Assembly (NCBI GenBank): GCA_007376295.1
Contig: VMGB01000003.1
Coordinates: 7,106 to 71,105 of the forward strand
Length of the DNA: 64,000 nt
Direction: 5' to 3'
From: Parcubacteria group bacterium Gr01-1014_13
Lineage (GTDB): Bacteria; Patescibacteriota; Patescibacteriia; Magasanikbacterales; GWA2-37-8
Shown: positions 30,185-41,336 of the stretch, in pieces
Position numbering within the stretch: position 1 is the first letter of the stretch
Layout of the letters: every line of letters starts with the position of its first letter
Program-made: the position numbers and the translations under genes
The notes under the pieces: model-generated
What the model was told of the DNA's origin: nothing
The model's input: the letters and a program-made list of their open reading frames with translations, nothing else
Databases searched by the model: none

Positions 30185-30754
30185 ATGCCAGTACTTTACC
30201 TTGTTCTAGCGGCCGTAGCAGTGTTAGCTTTATGGCTAGTAGCCGTATATAACGGCCTAATTCGCAGTAAAAACCGAGTAGACGAAGCCTTTAGCGATAT
30301 AGATGTACAGCTAAAACGCCGATATGATCTGATCCCTAACTTGGTAGAAGCGGTAAAAGGCTACATGACCCATGAGCGAGAAGCTTTGGTTAAATTAACC
30401 GAAGCCAGAACTGCCGCTATGGCCATACATGACAAAAAAGACGCTACCATTGCTGAAAAGGAACAGGCGGAAAATATGCTTTCCGGAACTTTAAAGTCTT
30501 TGTTTGCCGTTACCGAAAATTATCCGGATCTAAAAGCCAGCCAGAACTTTTTGCAACTGCAAGACGAACTTAGCGATACGGAAAATAAAATCCAGGCCGC
30601 CCGCCGATTCTACAACGGCAATGTTCGTGACTTCAATATTAAAATTCAAGTCTTCCCTTCCAACATGGTAGCCAATTCTCTTGGATTCAAAAAATACGAA
30701 TTCTTCCTGGCCGACGCAAGTGAAAAACAAAATGTGCAGGTAAAGTTTAACTAA
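30185..30754 (+). CDS. lemA: LemA family protein
   Basis: N-terminal TM plus the characteristic LemA sequence. Confidence 0.8.
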   Translation: MPVLYLVLAAVAVLALWLVAVYNGLIRSKNRVDEAFSDIDVQLKRRYDLIPNLVEAVKGYMTHEREALVKLTEARTAAMAIHDKKDATIAEKEQAENMLSGTLKSLFAVTENYPDLKASQNFLQLQDELSDTENKIQAARRFYNGNVRDFNIKIQVFPSNMVANSLGFKKYEFFLADASEKQNVQVKFN

Positions 30755-30766
30755 ACTTACAATTCT

Positions 30767-31369
30767 ATGAAGCGCAGACCTGTAGAAAGCTCCGCACCAC
30801 CACCTGATACAGGACCATTCCGAAAAATGGAAGGCATTGTCGACACAAGTGAAGATGCGATTCTGCAAAGAATGGAAAAAGAAATAGCGGCTGAAGGAAA
30901 ATTCAGCATTAGATTGACTGAGGGTATAAAATATAAAGACGCATTTCCGCTCTTTGCGGATGCTATTAAAAACAATATCGATCCCAAGGATATTATTTTT
31001 TATTCGCTGGCCACTGGCATCATGAAATATGATAATGTGATTGAATATACGCCGAACGGCATCCTTGGTCGCGTACAAGGCAAAAAATATATTTATAAAA
31101 GTAAAGATGATTCTTATATAGAATTACGGATATGGGTAGAGAAAAATAAAGCAACATTTGATTCTCTTACTACCAAAGAAGACGTTGAAAAAATAAAAAG
31201 AAAGCAAGAAAAAGAAGACTGGTATACTGCTAATTATGAACTGAAAGATAATATTGGAAAGATTAAAAAAATGATCAAAGCTGGAATTAATATGGAATTA
31301 GACGACTTAAAAAATAATACAGAAAGTTTGTTGCAGACTATAAATGAAAAACTTAAAGAAAAGAAATAA
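30767..31369 (+). CDS. Hypothetical protein between lemA and htpX
   Basis: ORF and conserved gene-order context only. Confidence 0.4.
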   Translation: MKRRPVESSAPPPDTGPFRKMEGIVDTSEDAILQRMEKEIAAEGKFSIRLTEGIKYKDAFPLFADAIKNNIDPKDIIFYSLATGIMKYDNVIEYTPNGILGRVQGKKYIYKSKDDSYIELRIWVEKNKATFDSLTTKEDVEKIKRKQEKEDWYTANYELKDNIGKIKKMIKAGINMELDDLKNNTESLLQTINEKLKEKK

Positions 31370-31371
31370 AT

Positions 31372-32253
31372 ATGTATTCTCAAATAGACTCCAACAAAAG
31401 ACAATCCGTATTACTGATGATGGTTTTTATCGCCGTCATTATTGGTTTGGGCTATGTTTTTGATAAAACCTTAGGAGCTGGTGATTATAGTTATGTCATA
31501 TTTGCTATCTTATTATCTTTTGGCATGACCGCTATCTCGTATTTTCAGGGAGACAAAATTGCTTTGTGGACTAGCGGCGCGAAGCCGATTGCCAAAGAAG
31601 ATAATGCCTATGTCTATCGTATGGTGGAAAACTTAGCCATTACCAATGGTATACCAACCCCAAAAATTTATATTATTGAAGATTCAGCTATAAACGCCTT
31701 TGCCACTGGCCGCAAACCGGAGCTGTCTTCTATTGCTGTCACCCGCGGCGCAACAGAAAAACTTACCAACGAAGAACTAGAAGGTGTGCTAGCGCACGAA
31801 CTTTCGCATGTAAAAAATTACGATATCCGGTTTATGACCTTGGTAGCCGTGCTGGTAGGTGCCATTGCCATACTATCGAATATATTTCTACGCAGCCAGT
31901 GGCTCCCCCGCCGCAATGACCGCGAAAGCGGAAACATCGGCGCTATCTTTATGATTGTTGGTATAGTGCTGGCTATACTCTCACCTATTATCGCCGAGCT
32001 TATAAAACTAGCTATTTCCCGCCGCCGTGAATATTTGGCCGATGCTTCTGGGGCGCTACTTACCCGCTATCCCGAAGGTTTAGCGCGAGCTCTGGAAAAA
32101 ATCGCAGCCGAAAATCAGCCGATGAAAAATGCCAACCACGCGACAGCTCACATGTTTCTGTCCAGTCCATTTGCGGGCAAAAAAATATCCTCTTTATTTT
32201 CCACTCATCCTCCAGCTGAAGACAGAATAAAAAAATTGAGAGAGATGGCATAG
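31372..32253 (+). CDS. htpX: Zinc metalloprotease HtpX (M48)
   Basis: HELSHV motif, four TM helices. Confidence 0.85.
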   Translation: MYSQIDSNKRQSVLLMMVFIAVIIGLGYVFDKTLGAGDYSYVIFAILLSFGMTAISYFQGDKIALWTSGAKPIAKEDNAYVYRMVENLAITNGIPTPKIYIIEDSAINAFATGRKPELSSIAVTRGATEKLTNEELEGVLAHELSHVKNYDIRFMTLVAVLVGAIAILSNIFLRSQWLPRRNDRESGNIGAIFMIVGIVLAILSPIIAELIKLAISRRREYLADASGALLTRYPEGLARALEKIAAENQPMKNANHATAHMFLSSPFAGKKISSLFSTHPPAEDRIKKLREMA

Positions 32254-32254
32254 T

Positions 32255-32716
32255 ATGCTAAGAGTGCTGCCATTCCGACAATCCTCCGGCTTTTGCGGAC
32301 CAGCCAGCCTAAAAATGGTTCTGGAATATTTTGGTATAAAAAAATCGGAAAAAGAATTAGCAAAATTATCTAACGCTCACCCGCATCACGGTACTAGCGC
32401 AAAAAATTTAGTTTTGACTGCCAAAAAACTGGGGCTCAAAGGTTTTTATAAAGATTTTTCTTCCATAAAAGAAATAAAAAAATATTTAGATAAAAAAATA
32501 CCGGTCATTGTGGACTGGTTTTCTCATGATGACGGACATTACTCGGTGGTAATAGGTATTGATAAAAAATTTATTTATCTGCAAGATCCGGAATTGGGCA
32601 AGATAAATAAAATAGATTTGGTTACATTCCAAAGAATTTGGTTTGATTTTGAAGAAAAAATGTTAAACAAAAAACAAGATATTTTTATTCGTCGGCTGAT
32701 TGTTATTTACCGCTAA
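32255..32716 (+). CDS. Peptidase C39-like (papain-fold) domain protein
   Basis: QSSGFCGPASLKMVLEYFG (catalytic Cys context) and downstream HY. Confidence 0.5.
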   Translation: MLRVLPFRQSSGFCGPASLKMVLEYFGIKKSEKELAKLSNAHPHHGTSAKNLVLTAKKLGLKGFYKDFSSIKEIKKYLDKKIPVIVDWFSHDDGHYSVVIGIDKKFIYLQDPELGKINKIDLVTFQRIWFDFEEKMLNKKQDIFIRRLIVIYR

Positions 32717-33046
32717 TTAACGATTGCGCGTCTGTGCTCCCGGCCCGAATAATTTATCAAACACTGAAAGCTTGCGTACCGTACCGCGTTCATTTTTCAA
32801 AAATACTTCACCGGATTCTTTGCTAACTTTTTGCACTACATACTCAAACATTCGCAGATCATCTTCCAGTTTGGCTTTAAAAATAATTTTTGGCTTGAGT
32901 CCGGCCTGTTTTATGCGGGCAAAAATTTGCTGGCGTTTGTTGTATGCTTCATCTTTTTCGTCTTCTTGACTCTGGCGACTGGCGCTTTCTCGTTTGGCTA
33001 ACCAACTGGTGTCTGGGCTTACTGGATTGCTAGATTTTTTAGACAT
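32717..33046 (-). CDS. Hypothetical protein
   Basis: ORF only. Confidence 0.3.
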   Translation of the reverse strand: MSKKSSNPVSPDTSWLAKRESASRQSQEDEKDEAYNKRQQIFARIKQAGLKPKIIFKAKLEDDLRMFEYVVQKVSKESGEVFLKNERGTVRKLSVFDKLFGPGAQTRNR

Positions 33047-33056
33047 ATAATTTAGA

Positions 33057-34430
33057 TTATCCTCCTTGAATTATATAGCTAAACTCTTTTATTTTCTCTT
33101 GCATAGTTTGTACGTCAACTGCTTCCAAATTCAACCGCACCACTGGCTCAGTATTGCTTAATCGGACACTCGCCCAACCCCAATCAAACTTCATCCACAA
33201 ACCATCCAAATGAGAAATTTCCTGTGCTTGGTCTTTATATTTTTCTTCAACCCTAATCATTACTTCTGCTTTATCTTCTATTTCAAAATTTATCTCTCCA
33301 GAATGGAAATATTTTTGCAGCGGTGCAACCAACTCACTAAGTGGCTTGTTTTCCCGTGACAACATTTGTAAAACATACAGCAAAGACAAATCCGTGCTTT
33401 CTACATCGTACATATCGTGAAAATATAGATGCAAAGAAAGTTCACTGGCAAACGCGCCTTTAATTTCTTTAAGTGATTTTTTGATATTAGCATGCCCTAC
33501 TTTACACATATCTACGGTTGCGCCCTGTGCTTGCCATACTTCCGGGATAATCATACTTGATCTCACGTCATACAACATATGTGATCGAGGATGAGTTCGT
33601 AAAACCTCCAGACCAACTAGCGCGCCAACAAAAGACGCATCCACCACTTGTCCTTTTTCATCTACCAAACCAATTCTGTCGGCATCTCCGTCTAAGGCAA
33701 ATCCAAAGTTAGCGCCAGTGGCTACAACTTCTTTTTGCAAATCAGCTAAAGTTTCTACTTTTAACGGATTGGCTTCATGGTTAGGAAAATTTCCATCTGG
33801 TTCTAAATATAGATATTCAACTTCTACGGGTAAATTTTTAAAAACTTCCGGAATAGTAACTTTGGCCATGCCATTGCCGGCATCAATTACAATTTTCATC
33901 GGACGGATAGAATCCGGCGAGACAATAGAAAAAATTTTCTTTAAATAATCGCCAAGAACTTCTTTTTGAGGAAAAGTCTTTTCCTCCTCTTTGTAATCAA
34001 AATTTGAATTTGCCACCAATTCTTTGATTTCACCCATACCAGAAGACTCGCCAATCGGCAGACCATCACCCAAAGTTAGTTTAAAACCATTGTATTGGGC
34101 TGGATTATGGCTAGCTGTCACCATCACCCCACCGGCGTGTTCTGGGTAATTAGCGCAGGCAAAATTAAATAAAGGTGTGGAAACTAGTCCCACGTCCACT
34201 ACATCTACCCCTTCATCACTTGCCCCTCTCATCAATGCCTGCTGAAGTTCTGGACTAGTACCACGCATATCCCTGCCTACCACCACAGCCTGACCGGACT
34301 TTAACAAATCGTGATTGCGTAAAAAAACCACAAAAGCCCGGCCCAAACTATAGGCTAATTCTACAGATAATTCCGTAGCTGACAGGCCTCTAATATCATA
34401 GGCTTTGAAGATGTTTTTTGCTATTTGCAT
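33057..34430 (-). CDS. Phosphohexomutase (phosphoglucomutase/phosphomannomutase or GlmM-like)
   Basis: TASHNPAQYNGFK active-site serine loop. Four-domain length. Confidence 0.8.
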   Translation of the reverse strand: MQIAKNIFKAYDIRGLSATELSVELAYSLGRAFVVFLRNHDLLKSGQAVVVGRDMRGTSPELQQALMRGASDEGVDVVDVGLVSTPLFNFACANYPEHAGGVMVTASHNPAQYNGFKLTLGDGLPIGESSGMGEIKELVANSNFDYKEEEKTFPQKEVLGDYLKKIFSIVSPDSIRPMKIVIDAGNGMAKVTIPEVFKNLPVEVEYLYLEPDGNFPNHEANPLKVETLADLQKEVVATGANFGFALDGDADRIGLVDEKGQVVDASFVGALVGLEVLRTHPRSHMLYDVRSSMIIPEVWQAQGATVDMCKVGHANIKKSLKEIKGAFASELSLHLYFHDMYDVESTDLSLLYVLQMLSRENKPLSELVAPLQKYFHSGEINFEIEDKAEVMIRVEEKYKDQAQEISHLDGLWMKFDWGWASVRLSNTEPVVRLNLEAVDVQTMQEKIKEFSYIIQGG

Positions 34431-34484
34431 AGGATAAAATCTGATTGACTAATTAGCGTAATTAAGTATATAATACAACCTATA

Positions 34485-36992
34485 TTGAGTCAAAAAATAC
34501 CTACTATGTCTAGTATTGTAGACAGATTTTCAACTCATCTTCGTGCAGTTTTGGTAGGCAGTATCCGCATTGCCACCGAACTAAAAAACACATCGGTAGA
34601 ACCGATCCATCTTTTGTTGGCTTTATCTACGCAAAAAGGGTCGGTAGCCAGCGAAGTCCTGAGCCGCTACCACCTGGATACAAAAAGCATAGAAAAAATT
34701 GCTGTAAAATTAAAGCCTGGGACTGGATCAGGGCAAAATAAAAATTTATCGCCATTTTCTTTAAATTCCAAAACTGCTTTAGAAAAAGCCCTTATTGTCG
34801 CCCAAAAGAATGGACACAACTATTTGGGCACCGAACATCTGCTTTCGGCTTTAGTAAATCTCAACGATCCGCAACTGGAACAGTTATTTAAAAAGAATAA
34901 CCTCAAAAAAACAGAGCTAAATGATCAATTGGAAGTAGTACTCACCACAGCTTCGCAGTTTCCACAAATTACCGAGATACCAGAAGCAATCAATCGCCTA
35001 CAAGAAACCTTATCTGATGATGCGATGCTCCATACAATCCTGCCTAATGATAAAAAAACCAAGAAAAAAGAGGCAGCTTTAGACTTTTTTGCAGCCAATC
35101 TCACCAGTCAGGAAATCCAGTCTGGAATTGATCCGGTAATCGGCCGCGAAAACGAAATTGAACGCATGATGCAAGTGCTTTGCCGCCGGACAAAAAATAA
35201 TCCGATACTTCTCGGTGATCCGGGTGTAGGTAAAACCGCTATCGTGGAAGGTCTGGCTAAAAGAATTGCTGCCGGTGAAGTACCTGATGTTTTGCTTGGC
35301 AAAAAAATATACGCTCTGGATATGGGCTTGCTTATTGCCGGTACTGCTTACCGCGGAGAATTTGAGGGTCGCTTGCGCCAAGTAATCGAAGAGGTCAGCA
35401 GCGATCCAAATATAATTTTATTTATCGACGAACTGCACAACATTGTTGGCGCTGGTTCAAACCAAGGCACAATGGACGCAGCCAATATCTTGAAACCGGT
35501 ATTAGCACGCGGAGTTATTCGCTGTATTGGCGCAACCACGCTCACTGAATTTAAAAAACATATTGAAAGCGACCCGGCCTTAGAAAGACGCTTCCAACCA
35601 ATTATTATCAAAGAACCATCCGTGGAAGATACTATAAAAATTCTCATGGGTATCAAAGATAATTACGAAAATTTCCATAATCTAAAAATCACTAATGAAG
35701 CAATTGTAAAAACTGTTCAGTTGTCCAATCGCTATATCACCAACAAACTTCTGCCTGATAAAGCTATAGATCTGCTAGATGAAACTGCGGCGGCCAAACG
35801 CTTGTCTGTCAAACCAACTCTGGCAGAATCAAGGTTGCTGCGTTTAAAAAACGAACTGGCCAAAACTACAACGGCCAAAGAAATTGCCGCCGGACACGAC
35901 AGATTTTCTGAAGCTGTAAAATTAAAAGAAAAAGAAAAAATTATTGAACAGGAAATAAAATACTATAAAGAAAAAATATCTACCCAAAAAATTCCCAAAA
36001 CCGCATCTACTGTCACCGAAAAAGATATTATTAACCAGCTGGCAAAGATTATCGAGACTCCGATTCGCGATCTGTTTATAAACGAAAAATACGACTTTCC
36101 ATTTGAATCCGAGCTGCAAAAACATATTATCGGCCAAGATGAAGTTTTACGCGAAGTTGCGCAAATTATCCGTCAGGCCAAACTAGAACTTTCTAATCCC
36201 AACCGGCCGCTCGCTTCATTTTTGTTTGTTGGTGAAAGCGGTGTTGGCAAAACCGGGCTGGCAAAATCTTTAGCCGCAGCGCTTTATCCAAGCCAAAGTT
36301 CTTTTATTCAGCTCAACATGAGCGAATTTAACGAAAGTTTTGGCGTTTCCAAACTGCTTGGCTCTCCGGCTGGATATGTTGGCTATAAAGAAAGCAATCA
36401 GTTTACTGACCGAATTAAAATGAATCCGTACTGCGTAATTCTGCTGGACGAAATCGATAAAGCCCATAAAGATGTCACTAAACTTCTTTTGCAGATGTTG
36501 GAAAACGGGGAAATCACCGACTCAGTTGGTAAAAAAATATCCCTCAAACACGCCATAATTATTCTCACCACTTCTCTGGGAGCAGACGAACTGAAAAAAT
36601 CAAACATCGGTTTTGGTAAAGCCAAAGAAAATTCCGAAAATAAAAAAATAGTCAAAGACAAACTAAAAGATTTTTTCTCTGCCGAACTCATAAACCGATT
36701 AGACCAAATCTGCCTGTTTAACAGCCTCACCAAAACCGATTTGGCAAAAATAGCGGCTTTGGAAATTACTGAGCTCAACAAACAATTGGTGCCCTACAAT
36801 ACCGCTCTAGGTGCTGACGATGAAGTATTTGCTTGGTTCGTGGATCAGCTGGCCGAAAAAAATAACGCCCGCGAAGTCCGCCGCCAAATCAGAAACCATG
36901 TAGAAAAAATAATGGCTGAACTGATTGTGCAGAATAAAATAAAAGCCCAACACAAACTTGTTTTACAGGAAAATAAATTGTCCGTGAGATAA
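34485..36992 (+). CDS. clpC: Clp/Hsp100 ATPase, ClpC-like (two AAA+ modules)
   Basis: Clp_N repeats. Walker [10 protein letters not shown] and GESGVGKTG. Confidence 0.85.
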   Translation: MSQKIPTMSSIVDRFSTHLRAVLVGSIRIATELKNTSVEPIHLLLALSTQKGSVASEVLSRYHLDTKSIEKIAVKLKPGTGSGQNKNLSPFSLNSKTALEKALIVAQKNGHNYLGTEHLLSALVNLNDPQLEQLFKKNNLKKTELNDQLEVVLTTASQFPQITEIPEAINRLQETLSDDAMLHTILPNDKKTKKKEAALDFFAANLTSQEIQSGIDPVIGRENEIERMMQVLCRRTKNNPILLGDPGVGKTAIVEGLAKRIAAGEVPDVLLGKKIYALDMGLLIAGTAYRGEFEGRLRQVIEEVSSDPNIILFIDELHNIVGAGSNQGTMDAANILKPVLARGVIRCIGATTLTEFKKHIESDPALERRFQPIIIKEPSVEDTIKILMGIKDNYENFHNLKITNEAIVKTVQLSNRYITNKLLPDKAIDLLDETAAAKRLSVKPTLAESRLLRLKNELAKTTTAKEIAAGHDRFSEAVKLKEKEKIIEQEIKYYKEKISTQKIPKTASTVTEKDIINQLAKIIETPIRDLFINEKYDFPFESELQKHIIGQDEVLREVAQIIRQAKLELSNPNRPLASFLFVGESGVGKTGLAKSLAAALYPSQSSFIQLNMSEFNESFGVSKLLGSPAGYVGYKESNQFTDRIKMNPYCVILLDEIDKAHKDVTKLLLQMLENGEITDSVGKKISLKHAIIILTTSLGADELKKSNIGFGKAKENSENKKIVKDKLKDFFSAELINRLDQICLFNSLTKTDLAKIAALEITELNKQLVPYNTALGADDEVFAWFVDQLAEKNNAREVRRQIRNHVEKIMAELIVQNKIKAQHKLVLQENKLSVR

Positions 36993-37001
36993 TTTTCTTC
37001 T

Positions 37002-37874
37002 ATGCCGGAGGGATCAGAGGAGCAAAAAAATTTGATGGGACAGCCCTCTGATATGGGCAATCTTTTGGCTGCCGAAAAAGCCAAAAGTGCCGGCGAACAG
37101 CGCACTGCAGATGCCGATAACTACGAACCTTACCAAGAACAGCCTGAAGAAGATGGTGGCGCTCAAAATCAAGTCGAGGAAGACCAAGACACAGAAGCCG
37201 AACAAGCCGAAAATCAACAGGCCCAGTTGGCCGCCCAGGAGCAAGCCGAAGTAGCCATAGCCATGGCGGCCGGAAAACAACGACAACAAAGACAGCTACA
37301 GGCGCAAAGACAAAAACTAGAAGGACAGTTGGAAGAGCTAGAAAAAGAATTAACGGATTTTAAAAATTCAAAACTGGGCGGATTCCTAAAAATTTTCCAA
37401 CCGAGAATAAACGTGCTGATAGATATTCTGATTGAACAGATGAAAAAGCAGGTAAATAAACTGGCTGACGAAGCCAAAATCGCTTTTTATACCGGCTTAA
37501 TTGTTACTATTACTAGTCTTATCGCCATTCTCACGGCCATGAAATTTCTGGCCGCTTTTTTAGATGCAGTTATCGTAGTGCCATATTCCTGTATTCGCCT
37601 GATAATCATGACTTTTTATACTTGTGTTATACCTATTATCCTAATCTTGATATCCCCTATTTACATATCATTTTTGGTAATACTATTTCTTATCGGCAAA
37701 ATCCCGTTGCTCAAGGGCACTTTGACTAAAGTCCTTACCGAAATCATTGAAAAATTAAAAAACCAGCGGACTGCTTGGCAAGCGGAGGTAGAAAAATTAA
37801 AGAAAAAAGTCACCTTAAAAAAACAGATCAAAAATCTGAAAAAGATGGAGAGCCAGATTACACGGGGACGGTAA
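37002..37874 (+). CDS. Hypothetical protein with Q/E-rich low-complexity N-terminus and C-terminal TM helices
   Basis: ORF and composition only. Confidence 0.4.
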   Translation: MPEGSEEQKNLMGQPSDMGNLLAAEKAKSAGEQRTADADNYEPYQEQPEEDGGAQNQVEEDQDTEAEQAENQQAQLAAQEQAEVAIAMAAGKQRQQRQLQAQRQKLEGQLEELEKELTDFKNSKLGGFLKIFQPRINVLIDILIEQMKKQVNKLADEAKIAFYTGLIVTITSLIAILTAMKFLAAFLDAVIVVPYSCIRLIIMTFYTCVIPIILILISPIYISFLVILFLIGKIPLLKGTLTKVLTEIIEKLKNQRTAWQAEVEKLKKKVTLKKQIKNLKKMESQITRGR

Positions 37875-37917
37875 CGGTATTTCATGGTATAATATATCCA
37901 TAAACAATAACTATATT

Positions 37918-39144
37918 ATGTCTCTGCGCAAAAAAATTATACTTAGTATTATTCTTCTTTTAGTAGCTGGTCTAATTGCTTATGGTTTATATTATATTTT
38001 CACCAGCACCGGAAAAATAGGCGAACCCACACCTCCTTCTGGCGAAGTTCTGCCTGGAGGTCAATTACCTGGATCTGGCGCTGGCCCTGCTACTACCACC
38101 GGAGTAACTCAGGGTCCGGGTGGAGAACTCTTACCAGTTTCGGGCATCATAGCTTCCACTAGCCCATCCTTTTACAAACCGGTTTCAGTTAGACAAGTAA
38201 TATCAGAAACCGCTACTTATCCTTCTTTGAATTCCGGGGGCGATTTTCGTTATTACAACGCCAATGATGGTAAATTTTACCGGGTAATGCCTGATGGCGG
38301 AATAAAAATGTTATCTGATCAAGTATTTTTTAATGCCCAAAAAGTTACCTGGGCAAAAAATCAAAACGAGGCTGTTATTGAATACCCGGACAGTTCAAAA
38401 ATAATCTACAATTTTGATACCAATAAACAAGTCACTCTGCCTAAACATTGGCAGGATTTTTCTTTCTCGGCCGATGGTTCTCAAGTTGCGGCCAAAAGCA
38501 TTGGCCTGGATCCATCCAATCGTTGGCTGGTCACTATAGATAATGACGGCTCCGGCGCAAAACTCATCGAACCAATGGGCGAAAACGCAGATAAAGTTAC
38601 AGTAAGCTGGTCTCCCAGCCAACAGGTAGTTGCTTTTTCCCAGACTGGCGAACCCCAAGGCGGAGAAAGACGCGAAGTTCTTTTCATAGGTTTAAATGGA
38701 GAAAATTTTAAATCAGCAATTGTGGAGGGCTCCGGATTCCAACCGCAATGGTCTACTACCGGAAAAAAGTTGTTATATAGCGTGCACAGCTCACGCAGTG
38801 ATTTTAAGCCGGAATTATGGCTGGTAGATGCCTACGGAGAAAATATTGGCAGCAATCGGCGTCTGCTCAAACTTAATACTTGGGCTGACAAATGCACTTT
38901 TAGCAATGACGACACCGCTTTCTGCGCTGTTCCCAGAGACCTTCCTTCCGGCGCTGGCATGGCTCGGGATATTGCCGCCTATAATTATGACGATCTATAC
39001 AAAATAGATTTAAAAACTGGCTTGAAAAGCCCCATACCTCTAAACGATAATTTTAATATTACTAATATTTCTTATAACGCTGGAACCAAAAAAATAATAT
39101 TTACCGATCTAAACAAAACCGGTGTCTTTGAATCTCAGTTATAA
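37918..39144 (+). CDS. Membrane-anchored TolB-like beta-propeller protein
   Basis: N-terminal TM, G/P-rich linker, repeated WD40-like beta-strand motifs. Confidence 0.45.
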   Translation: MSLRKKIILSIILLLVAGLIAYGLYYIFTSTGKIGEPTPPSGEVLPGGQLPGSGAGPATTTGVTQGPGGELLPVSGIIASTSPSFYKPVSVRQVISETATYPSLNSGGDFRYYNANDGKFYRVMPDGGIKMLSDQVFFNAQKVTWAKNQNEAVIEYPDSSKIIYNFDTNKQVTLPKHWQDFSFSADGSQVAAKSIGLDPSNRWLVTIDNDGSGAKLIEPMGENADKVTVSWSPSQQVVAFSQTGEPQGGERREVLFIGLNGENFKSAIVEGSGFQPQWSTTGKKLLYSVHSSRSDFKPELWLVDAYGENIGSNRRLLKLNTWADKCTFSNDDTAFCAVPRDLPSGAGMARDIAAYNYDDLYKIDLKTGLKSPIPLNDNFNITNISYNAGTKKIIFTDLNKTGVFESQL

Positions 39145-39145
39145 T

Positions 39146-39802
39146 ATGCCAAACCACAAAAAATTATATTTATTACTCTTGGCTATGGTGGCTTTGGCCG
39201 GAATTTTCTTTTACCGACAAATAATGCGTGCTCGACAAATCACTGTTGTACGCACTGAAGCCCCTTTAATTTCACCTAGCGTTATATTTATTCCAACTTC
39301 AGAATCCGAACAAACTTTGGGTAATCCAGGAGCAAACATTATCGTGACTGAATTTGTAGATATTGGCTGCGCTCGCTGTCTGTCTCTGCACTCCGCCATG
39401 AAACAATTTGTAATCAAACACCCTCAAGACATAAGACTGGTTTGGAAAGACAACGTCAAACCGGGAATTCTATCAGATCACACCTTAGCTCATCAGGCCG
39501 CGTATTGTGCTGGCAAACAAAATAAATTTTGGCAATTTTTGGATATCGCCGCTGGCCAACGAAATAATTTGGCAGAAGCAGGGCTGAAAAAAATTGCTCT
39601 GAATCTAAATTTAAACATAGAGGTATTCTGGCTCTGCACCAACAGCCCGGAAACAAAACAGGCTATCGCTGATTCTTCTTTGCAGGCTAGTCAGTTGGGC
39701 GTACGGTCATTGCCCGCTATTTTTGTGAACAATAAAATGATAAATACAGACAAAGATATAAATATCGAAGAAATGCTGACAAATTTTATTGTAAAGCCTT
39801 AA
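39146..39802 (+). CDS. DsbA-like thiol:disulfide oxidoreductase
   Basis: N-terminal TM, CARC (CxxC) active site, thioredoxin-like length. Confidence 0.6.
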   Translation: MPNHKKLYLLLLAMVALAGIFFYRQIMRARQITVVRTEAPLISPSVIFIPTSESEQTLGNPGANIIVTEFVDIGCARCLSLHSAMKQFVIKHPQDIRLVWKDNVKPGILSDHTLAHQAAYCAGKQNKFWQFLDIAAGQRNNLAEAGLKKIALNLNLNIEVFWLCTNSPETKQAIADSSLQASQLGVRSLPAIFVNNKMINTDKDINIEEMLTNFIVKP

Positions 39803-39809
39803 ACAAAAT

Positions 39810-41306
39810 ATGTTTTTCCGTAAGACCAAAAAAATTGTTCTGATTCTTTCATTGGTCTTTCTTTTTGTCCCCATTTTTTGGAACAGCCGCGCTGTAGCAG
39901 GTTTCTTCGATGATTTCGCTTGTCTAACTGGCAACGTCGGCAGTTGCACACAAATTGTGGAGGACATAAAAACATATACAGACGCGCTGTGCAAACAAAA
40001 ATGCGGCGAACGAGAATGCGAAGTAACAAGCAAAACTTCCAATGAAATAATCTTTGATGCCTTTACTAAAGGCGGACTCACAGCATTGGATCCGATAACA
40101 GACGTTGAATGTAAGGGCGCGGATGGTTCAGAGTTGTCTGAATTACAAGCAGATGTGGCTGGTGGTAAATATAAACCGACTCTGGAAATAAATATCCCCG
40201 GTTTAAATCTTAGCGATGTCCGATCTTCTACCGATGATACCGGCACCTATTTTTATATTGCCTGGATACCAGAATTAATCTCCGCTCTATACAAATTTGG
40301 TATTGCTATAGTAAGTATTGTGGCGGCAGTAGTAATTATTATCCAAGGTCTACGCGTGGTTACTTCCGGCGGTGGCGAAGGCAAAACTACAGCTTATAAA
40401 AAAATCTTCCAATCTGTAATAGGACTATTTATCGCTTGGGGTTCATACGCGATTTTGTATAATATTAATCCGGCGCTAGTGGAGTTTAATGCTTTAAAAG
40501 TAAAGGTGGTGGAGAGGGTAGATTTAGAAGCCAGCTTAGGTACTACAAATGTCGCAACTGGCGAAGAGAGTGGTGCTCCGGAACCAGGGAGCCATCCACC
40601 GACCACTATTCCCTGCCCATTCACGCTTATAGAAACGTCGGGGGATAAGGGCAGAGCGGAGTTTTACCAAAAACTTCAGACGAGCGGAGCGGTCACCGCG
40701 ACAACACCACGGGAGAAGACTGTGCAAATTGCCGACATCGCCGATGCCTGTAATATTAATCTCGGATCCTGCGGGCGGACTGCTGGAGCCATCGTTGCGC
40801 TCGCTGGCACCAACCCAAAAAACTGCCTCGACCCGGCAAGTGGAAACTGCAATGGCAGCTACAAACGACGAATCCGAGCTATTTCACAAAATCAACGACT
40901 ATACACTTATGGCTGGAGATGCTCGATCAATAAGAAGGAGTACCCAAATAACCCACCGCGTTCTAACTGTGTCAATACACCTCTGGAAGCTACAAAAATC
41001 ATACGCGACTACCTTAAAGCGCAGGCGGCTGCGGGTAGCCCAGAACTAAAGGGTTGGCCCGACGAGTGGGCCAACCAACTGCGACCAGGCGATTATGTCG
41101 TGTTTTATAATGGTAATGACGATCTCGTCGGATCGCATGCCGTAATTTTCATGGGATGGGCATCAGAAGGTCGCATGCAGGTAGTTCAAGGCGGTATGGG
41201 CAAATATACCAATCCTCCAAACAGCACTGCCAGCGGCACATGGTGCGTGAAAAGCTCGTGCGGCGAGTCCATGGTTCCACTACTCTACATTTACACTCCA
41301 GATTGA
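39810..41306 (+). CDS. Cys-rich secreted mosaic protein: VirB2/TrbC-like hydrophobic hairpin plus C-terminal NlpC/P60-CHAP-like hydrolase domain
   Basis: Signal peptide and more than 10 Cys. Two TM segments separated by RVVTSGGGEGKTTAYKK. C-terminus has ...GSCGRTAGAIV... and RPGDYVVFYNGNDDLVGSHAVIFMGW. The 3' half is visibly GC-richer. Confidence 0.55.
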   Translation: MFFRKTKKIVLILSLVFLFVPIFWNSRAVAGFFDDFACLTGNVGSCTQIVEDIKTYTDALCKQKCGERECEVTSKTSNEIIFDAFTKGGLTALDPITDVECKGADGSELSELQADVAGGKYKPTLEINIPGLNLSDVRSSTDDTGTYFYIAWIPELISALYKFGIAIVSIVAAVVIIIQGLRVVTSGGGEGKTTAYKKIFQSVIGLFIAWGSYAILYNINPALVEFNALKVKVVERVDLEASLGTTNVATGEESGAPEPGSHPPTTIPCPFTLIETSGDKGRAEFYQKLQTSGAVTATTPREKTVQIADIADACNINLGSCGRTAGAIVALAGTNPKNCLDPASGNCNGSYKRRIRAISQNQRLYTYGWRCSINKKEYPNNPPRSNCVNTPLEATKIIRDYLKAQAAAGSPELKGWPDEWANQLRPGDYVVFYNGNDDLVGSHAVIFMGWASEGRMQVVQGGMGKYTNPPNSTASGTWCVKSSCGESMVPLLYIYTPD

Positions 41307-41336
41307 CGGTATCACAATGCCAAAGTTTTTAAAAAT

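Noticed and set aside
35079-36781. Antisense ORFs lie inside clpC (35079-35381, 35348-35656, 36398-36781).
   Set aside because: They are embedded antisense in a well-supported AAA+ gene.
39707-40246. A minus-strand ORF (179 aa) spans the dsbA end and the start of the mosaic gene.
   Set aside because: It overlaps two better-supported plus-strand genes. It has low complexity and no RBS.
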